From positions 2,337,527 to 2,401,526 of the forward strand of contig OY762266.1 of NCBI GenBank assembly GCA_963665285.1: a stretch of DNA of 64,000 nt. Direction: 5' to 3'. Shown here one piece after another: positions 59,894-64,000 of the stretch. The notes beneath the pieces were generated by a model. The model was given only the letters and a program-made list of their open reading frames with translations, did not search any database and was not told the DNA's origin. Both the position numbers and the translations under genes were made by a program. Each line of letters opens with the position of its first letter. Position 1 is the first letter of the stretch. This stretch comes from Candidatus Poribacteria bacterium (GTDB taxonomy: Bacteria > Poribacteria > WGA-4E > PCPOR2b).

Positions 59894-61275
59894 AAATATA
59901 CTGTAGTTTGGACAATTTGTTTTGGCTTCATGCGTCTGTGTCACAGGTTTGTTGAATATTGGGCGATTTACTTTTTTGCGAAGTTGTCGCAGAAAATAGT
60001 CGTCTACCAATTAAATCGCGTAGATAGCGCACCATCAATCCGCGTGTCAACTTCTTAGGTCGATACCAATCAATGCCCAATTCCTGACACACCCACTCGA
60101 CGGTTATTGGCTGGCTTGTGTTAGCAATGATGGTAAAGACCAATTGGGTCAGACAAACAGCGACAAAACTGAGTTGTACCCATCGACCGATGCTTTTTTT
60201 GGATTTGACCCGATATTGGTCAAACCCGAAGTGTTGTTTAACGTCCCGAAAAGCGGTCTCAATGGTCCATCTTTTCTGATAATATCGCACAATCTGAGAT
60301 AACTCCAGAGTCAAGTCAGTGGTGTACACACAGAAGTATCGAAACGACTTAGCTTTTTTGGGTCGGGTTCGTATCACCACCAGACGCACCGGCTGTGGAC
60401 ACATTTTAGTAAGTGCTTCTACCGATGCGATGGCGTACCGTTTGTTGTCAATGTCAATCGTTGCATACCGTAGATATGGCAGGTGTAAGCGTTTGCCATA
60501 CTTCTTGGGACGTCCCCGTTTGGAACCCTTCGTTACATCAGCCAATCGATAGAAGACCGCATTGGACTTGGCACGACACAACAGATGATGCCCGGCTTTA
60601 AGCACACAGGCAAACACTTTGCGCCGATTGAACCCCCGGTCAAAGATAATCAGTCCACGGGGAATGTGAGCGCATATCCGCTTCAGAACAGCGTTGCTGC
60701 TATCTCGCTTTGTCTTGGGACATATCAGGTTCACCCAAACGGGAAACAGTATCGTCTCCGTAACCGTGCTACAAAGCAACCCCAATGCGCCAAACTGATG
60801 TCCTGAGTGAAACTTCGATTGATTTCTGTTGCGCTTGTGGTAGCGATGATTTCTAAAAAAGTGAAGTCCAAATTGCTTGTCTGATGTCTTTATCGCTTGG
60901 GTCTCATCGTAAACGTAGACCCAGTTGGCAAAGCACCCTTGCAGCAACTTAATCAGATGTTTAGCAACCACATCGGCGTCCCACTTGCCACGGGAGAGGA
61001 ACTTCACCAAAGAGTGGTAACCGCTTGGCGGTCGAACCGCTTGATAAATGTCAGTCACCGTCGCACTGCGGGGGGCAGTGATAAACCCTACAATAAATGT
61101 GCTAAACAGGGTGAAACTTTGACTGTTGAATAACGGACGAAAATCGGTTAAAATACTCGCGAGGCAGAATATGAGGTACATTAACTTCTCCTTTCAAAAT
61201 TGTGATGGATTTCTGAAAGGATAACCTCTTTTCTGCCTCTTTGCACTTAAAATTGTCTAAACTTTAGTAAAATAT
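59894..61275 (-). mobile_element. IS4/IS701-like insertion sequence with imperfect 26-bp terminal inverted repeats
   Basis: IRs AAAATATACTGTAGTTTGGACAATTT (59894-59919) and AAATTGTCTAAACTTTAGTAAAATAT (61250-61275) match at 19 of 26 positions in inverted orientation. They enclose a single DDE transposase gene. Confidence 0.65.
59928..61181 (-). CDS. DDE transposase, IS4/IS701-like (DDE_Tnp_1)
   Basis: 417 aa with the YYxxRWxIExxFRDxKQxxG C-terminal signature of IS4-superfamily transposases. Confidence 0.85.
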   Translation of the reverse strand: MYLIFCLASILTDFRPLFNSQSFTLFSTFIVGFITAPRSATVTDIYQAVRPPSGYHSLVKFLSRGKWDADVVAKHLIKLLQGCFANWVYVYDETQAIKTSDKQFGLHFFRNHRYHKRNRNQSKFHSGHQFGALGLLCSTVTETILFPVWVNLICPKTKRDSSNAVLKRICAHIPRGLIIFDRGFNRRKVFACVLKAGHHLLCRAKSNAVFYRLADVTKGSKRGRPKKYGKRLHLPYLRYATIDIDNKRYAIASVEALTKMCPQPVRLVVIRTRPKKAKSFRYFCVYTTDLTLELSQIVRYYQKRWTIETAFRDVKQHFGFDQYRVKSKKSIGRWVQLSFVAVCLTQLVFTIIANTSQPITVEWVCQELGIDWYRPKKLTRGLMVRYLRDLIGRRLFSATTSQKSKSPNIQQTCDTDA

Positions 61276-61401
61276 AATGTGTTATCAAAACATCATTGAC
61301 AAAATTGTCTGAGCATAGGTATAGTAAACTGAAGCTGTCAAAAAGTCAAGATTTTATTCCAAACCTGTTGGGAAAGGTTCATCAATTCTAGGGGGAAAAC
61401 T

Positions 61402-62604
61402 GTGTCAGATAAAGTTCGTTTAGCGGTCATTGGTTGTGGTGGAATCGCAAATGCGCATCTGCGAGGATATCAAGCGTTAGTGGAAAAAGGGGTTAACACC
61501 TTTTCAATTGAGGCAACGTGTGATGTGCGTAGAGAAGCAGCGCAAAATTATGCGGAACAGGTTGCAGAATTGCAAGAGACCATGCCCCGCGTTTACAATG
61601 ATGTTGAGGAAATGCTGAAAGCCGAGGATTTGAATGGGGCAGATATCTGTACATCGCATGCCTATCACCACATTTCCGCCATCCCGTGTCTTGAATCGGG
61701 CGTTGATATTATGACGGAGAAGCCGTTTGGGGTAACAATCAAAGCAAGCCAGAAGATGATCGAAGTCGCGGAGAAACACGGACGACTGACTGCTACGGCA
61801 GAGAATTGTCGCAGGACGCCCGGACAACGAACTGTCAGATGGGCACTCAATGAAGGAAACATTGTCGGGACACCTCGAATGTTCTTCGCACAATCCGCAG
61901 CGTGGAACGATCCGGCGAATATCGGCGATTGGCATTGGCGATTAGGGAAAGAGTTTAGCGGGGGTGGTATGGTGATGGACAGCGGCGCACACATGATGGA
62001 CACCATCCGATACTTCTTCGGTGATGTCGAAAAAGTTTACGCCGAAGTCCGTCAGATTGATGGACGATTCGCCAATCATGCCGAAAAAGGGAAGGTGCCT
62101 ACCTGCCATGAAGATACTTGGGTCGCGGTCATTACGTTCAAGAGTGGTGTCGTTGGAACGTGGAGTTGGACGGTTGCTGCGCCATGCGCTAACCATCTGA
62201 ATGTCGCTTTCTATGGTGCCGAAGGCGTCATCCGTGATAGCGGCGATGTCTTTCATCCGTTTACAGCTAAGGATCGAGGGGAAGCGGAGAGACTTGATGG
62301 AACAAGCTACAGCATGCAGGAACTCCGCGAGATGTACCTTGAAACGTTAAGCGATGGCGAGGAAGCACGACTTTTCCCACATGGGATTGAGGACGGTTTC
62401 GCTTTGGAGCTCTACGATTTTATCGACGCAATTCGGAATCGACGCTCCCCGGAAGTGGACGGTTGGACCGGTTTGCAAGCCAAAGCCATATCAATCGCAA
62501 TCTATGAGTCAGGATATTCTGGAGAGGTGGTGACTATCGCTGATGTGATTGATGGGAAAGTTAGCGGATACCAGCAAGAGATTGATGAGCATTGGGGGCT
62601 TTAA
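61402..62604 (+). CDS. Gfo/Idh/MocA family oxidoreductase
   Basis: GTG start preceded by AGGGGGA. N-terminal LAVIGCGGIANAH Rossmann motif and EKP motif (TEKPF). Confidence 0.8.
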   Translation: MSDKVRLAVIGCGGIANAHLRGYQALVEKGVNTFSIEATCDVRREAAQNYAEQVAELQETMPRVYNDVEEMLKAEDLNGADICTSHAYHHISAIPCLESGVDIMTEKPFGVTIKASQKMIEVAEKHGRLTATAENCRRTPGQRTVRWALNEGNIVGTPRMFFAQSAAWNDPANIGDWHWRLGKEFSGGGMVMDSGAHMMDTIRYFFGDVEKVYAEVRQIDGRFANHAEKGKVPTCHEDTWVAVITFKSGVVGTWSWTVAAPCANHLNVAFYGAEGVIRDSGDVFHPFTAKDRGEAERLDGTSYSMQELREMYLETLSDGEEARLFPHGIEDGFALELYDFIDAIRNRRSPEVDGWTGLQAKAISIAIYESGYSGEVVTIADVIDGKVSGYQQEIDEHWGL

Positions 62605-62642
62605 GCAAAAAGGAGATTCATATCAGGCTTAGATTTGTCGGT

Positions 62643-62670
62643 GTAAGGAACGTAGACCTGCGTTCCCTAC
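62643..62670. repeat. REP-like hairpin GTAAGGAACGTAGACCTGCGTTCCCTAC (copy 4)
   Basis: Stem with one mismatch and the same loop type as 11338-11365. Confidence 0.45.
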
Positions 62671-62707
62671 TGATAGCGGATACAGTCGGGATATGACCCC
62701 GCCGCTA

Positions 62708-64000
62708 CTACCTAAGAACGGCATCTAATCTGCGAAGATCAGCATTTTTCAATGTAGCATCCTTCTTGTATTGATAGTAGCTATCGAGGACTTTGCCAAC
62801 GTGCCGTTCTGCTGAACGACTGAGCTTTCCGTTTTTCCGCACGTTTCCCGGTCCCACATTATAAGCGGCAAGTGAGAGACTGTAATCTCCATCATACCTT
62901 TCAAGCATGTCGTCCAGATATTTAACTCCCGCATCTAGGTTCTTAAGCGGGTGAAAGCGTTCATCGACACTGGGATTTGGTGTCGGTTTTCTTACGTTCT
63001 CATAGGAAGGCACCTTGAGGCCGAGCCCCCGTGCTGTCGGTGGCATCAGTTGTAGCAATCCAGCGGCACCATTGCGGGATATTGCTTTGGGATTGAAGGT
63101 TGACTCCCTTTTGACCAGAGCAAGGATGAGATCAATCTCGACGCCGTACTGCTTCGCAATCTGCTCAGTTGGAGATTTTGCATTTTTAGTAGCTTCTGTA
63201 TCACTGGCGATCTGCTTCGTATTGTCGGGTGCACGCTTGGGAGGGCTTTTCGTTTCGATTTTCTCCCTTCTCTGCACCGAGGTTTCCCTTTTATTTATTG
63301 TGGAAGTCGTCATTCTCACCACGGAAGTCGTCACTCTCGGCGCGGACGTCCCCTCTTTACTCACAGAAGTCGAGACTGCCCGGTCCGATAAATCGAATGT
63401 CAAACCAACGGCGAGAAGATGTTTATATGCCACATCTGGCTGGCTTAAGTAGGCGTAATGGAGATGCTTTCCGTGGACATCGACAGAAAACCCCATACTC
63501 CAGTCAGGTTCTGGTTGTACTCCTATAAGGTCAATTGCTGTGCCTAACCGGAGCGCGAGCCCATACGCACCGACTTCACCGCCCACTCTGAGTTGCCACA
63601 GTGCTGTATCCAATACACTGTTCAACTGAAGCGGTTGAACCGGTTTCCATGCGACCCCAAGGGCAAATGTCTGATCAAACTGCTTCAGGAGCCTTCCCTC
63701 CCGGTCAGGAATGGTCACTCCAGATATATCTATCAACCTTGCCCCTAGGATTAGATGGGGCGGTAGCTTAACAATAGCACCAAGGTCGTAACTTGGTCTC
63801 CATTGACTGTCGGAACTCGGAGCACGATTATATCCAAGATTCCCACCAAGCTGGAATCGGCTGCCAATTGATCGGGCATAAGACAGGAGAACTTGATTAT
63901 AGCCCCTCTCGAATGTTCCGACCGGGTTGTTCCGATGGTCGTGGAAGAAGCGATCTTCGCCGTTCAAATCTAAGGCACTGAAGCCAAGTGTTCCCACGTA
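62708..64000 (-). CDS. lytic transglycosylase (SLT domain) protein with N-terminal beta-rich domain, 5' end beyond the window
   Basis: C-terminal SLT motifs (ESTFNPKAISRNGAAGLLQLMPPTA...AYNVGPGN). The frame stays open to the window edge. Confidence 0.7.
   Translation of the reverse strand, partial: YVGTLGFSALDLNGEDRFFHDHRNNPVGTFERGYNQVLLSYARSIGSRFQLGGNLGYNRAPSSDSQWRPSYDLGAIVKLPPHLILGARLIDISGVTIPDREGRLLKQFDQTFALGVAWKPVQPLQLNSVLDTALWQLRVGGEVGAYGLALRLGTAIDLIGVQPEPDWSMGFSVDVHGKHLHYAYLSQPDVAYKHLLAVGLTFDLSDRAVSTSVSKEGTSAPRVTTSVVRMTTSTINKRETSVQRREKIETKSPPKRAPDNTKQIASDTEATKNAKSPTEQIAKQYGVEIDLILALVKRESTFNPKAISRNGAAGLLQLMPPTARGLGLKVPSYENVRKPTPNPSVDERFHPLKNLDAGVKYLDDMLERYDGDYSLSLAAYNVGPGNVRKNGKLSRSAERHVGKVLDSYYQYKKDATLKNADLRRLDAVLR

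Overview
This is a 64-kb, gene-dense chromosomal segment from a bacterium, probably around 50-55% GC judged by eye. I saw no rRNA, tRNA or CRISPR array.

Main content, left to right:
- An operon-like module: Zn-dependent MDR alcohol dehydrogenase, a small hypothetical, a PhyH-family Fe/2OG dioxygenase and an NAD-epimerase (0.2-3.2 kb). A second, non-identical MDR-dehydrogenase / NAD-epimerase / PhyH trio lies at 23.6-26.7 kb.
- Three large secreted eukaryote-like repeat proteins: two FG-GAP/VCBS + ASPIC-UnbV proteins (one with an N-terminal TPR block), and a WD40 protein with dockerin repeats and a T9SS-type C-terminal sorting domain.
- A tricorn-protease homologue (beta-propellers plus S41 peptidase) and a TPR-thioredoxin (TlpA-like) protein.
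- Sugar and sugar-acid type enzymes: an enolase-superfamily dehydratase, a FAH hydrolase, two Gfo/Idh/MocA oxidoreductases and an M24 peptidase.
- A membrane-anchored multihaem cytochrome c, including one unusual CX4CH site, with a C-terminal TPR tail.
- A Gld-like ABC export locus (ATPase, ABC-2 permease, GldG-like, DUF4340) interrupted by a SprT-like metalloprotease gene.
- glnA-glnB.
- A truncated dcw cluster (rsmH-ftsL-ftsI-murE-[49-aa ORF]-murF-mraY, then an SDR instead of murD). Its upstream mraZ/promoter position is occupied by an intact IS200/IS605-type tnpB-only element.
- A PAS histidine kinase / sigma-54 (NtrC-type) regulator pair. Immediately upstream of it sits an orphan bacterial-microcompartment vertex (EutN/CcmL) gene, itself abutted by an IS4/IS701-like insertion with recognisable inverted repeats.
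- A second tnpB copy (16.1-17.2 kb) is frameshifted in an A/T run, but its zinc-finger/RuvC-III segment is intact in another frame.

A gene-decay patch (31.1-33.2 kb) holds a 44-codon IS3 orfA remnant and a TPR-gene tail fragment. Several families of short palindromic (REP-like) repeats recur in intergenic regions.

The lineage cannot be assigned from sequence alone. The gene content (FG-GAP/ASPIC, WD40, TPR, T9SS tail, BMC vertex, many sugar oxidoreductases) resembles that of glycan-degrading PVC- or FCB-associated and candidate-phylum bacteria.
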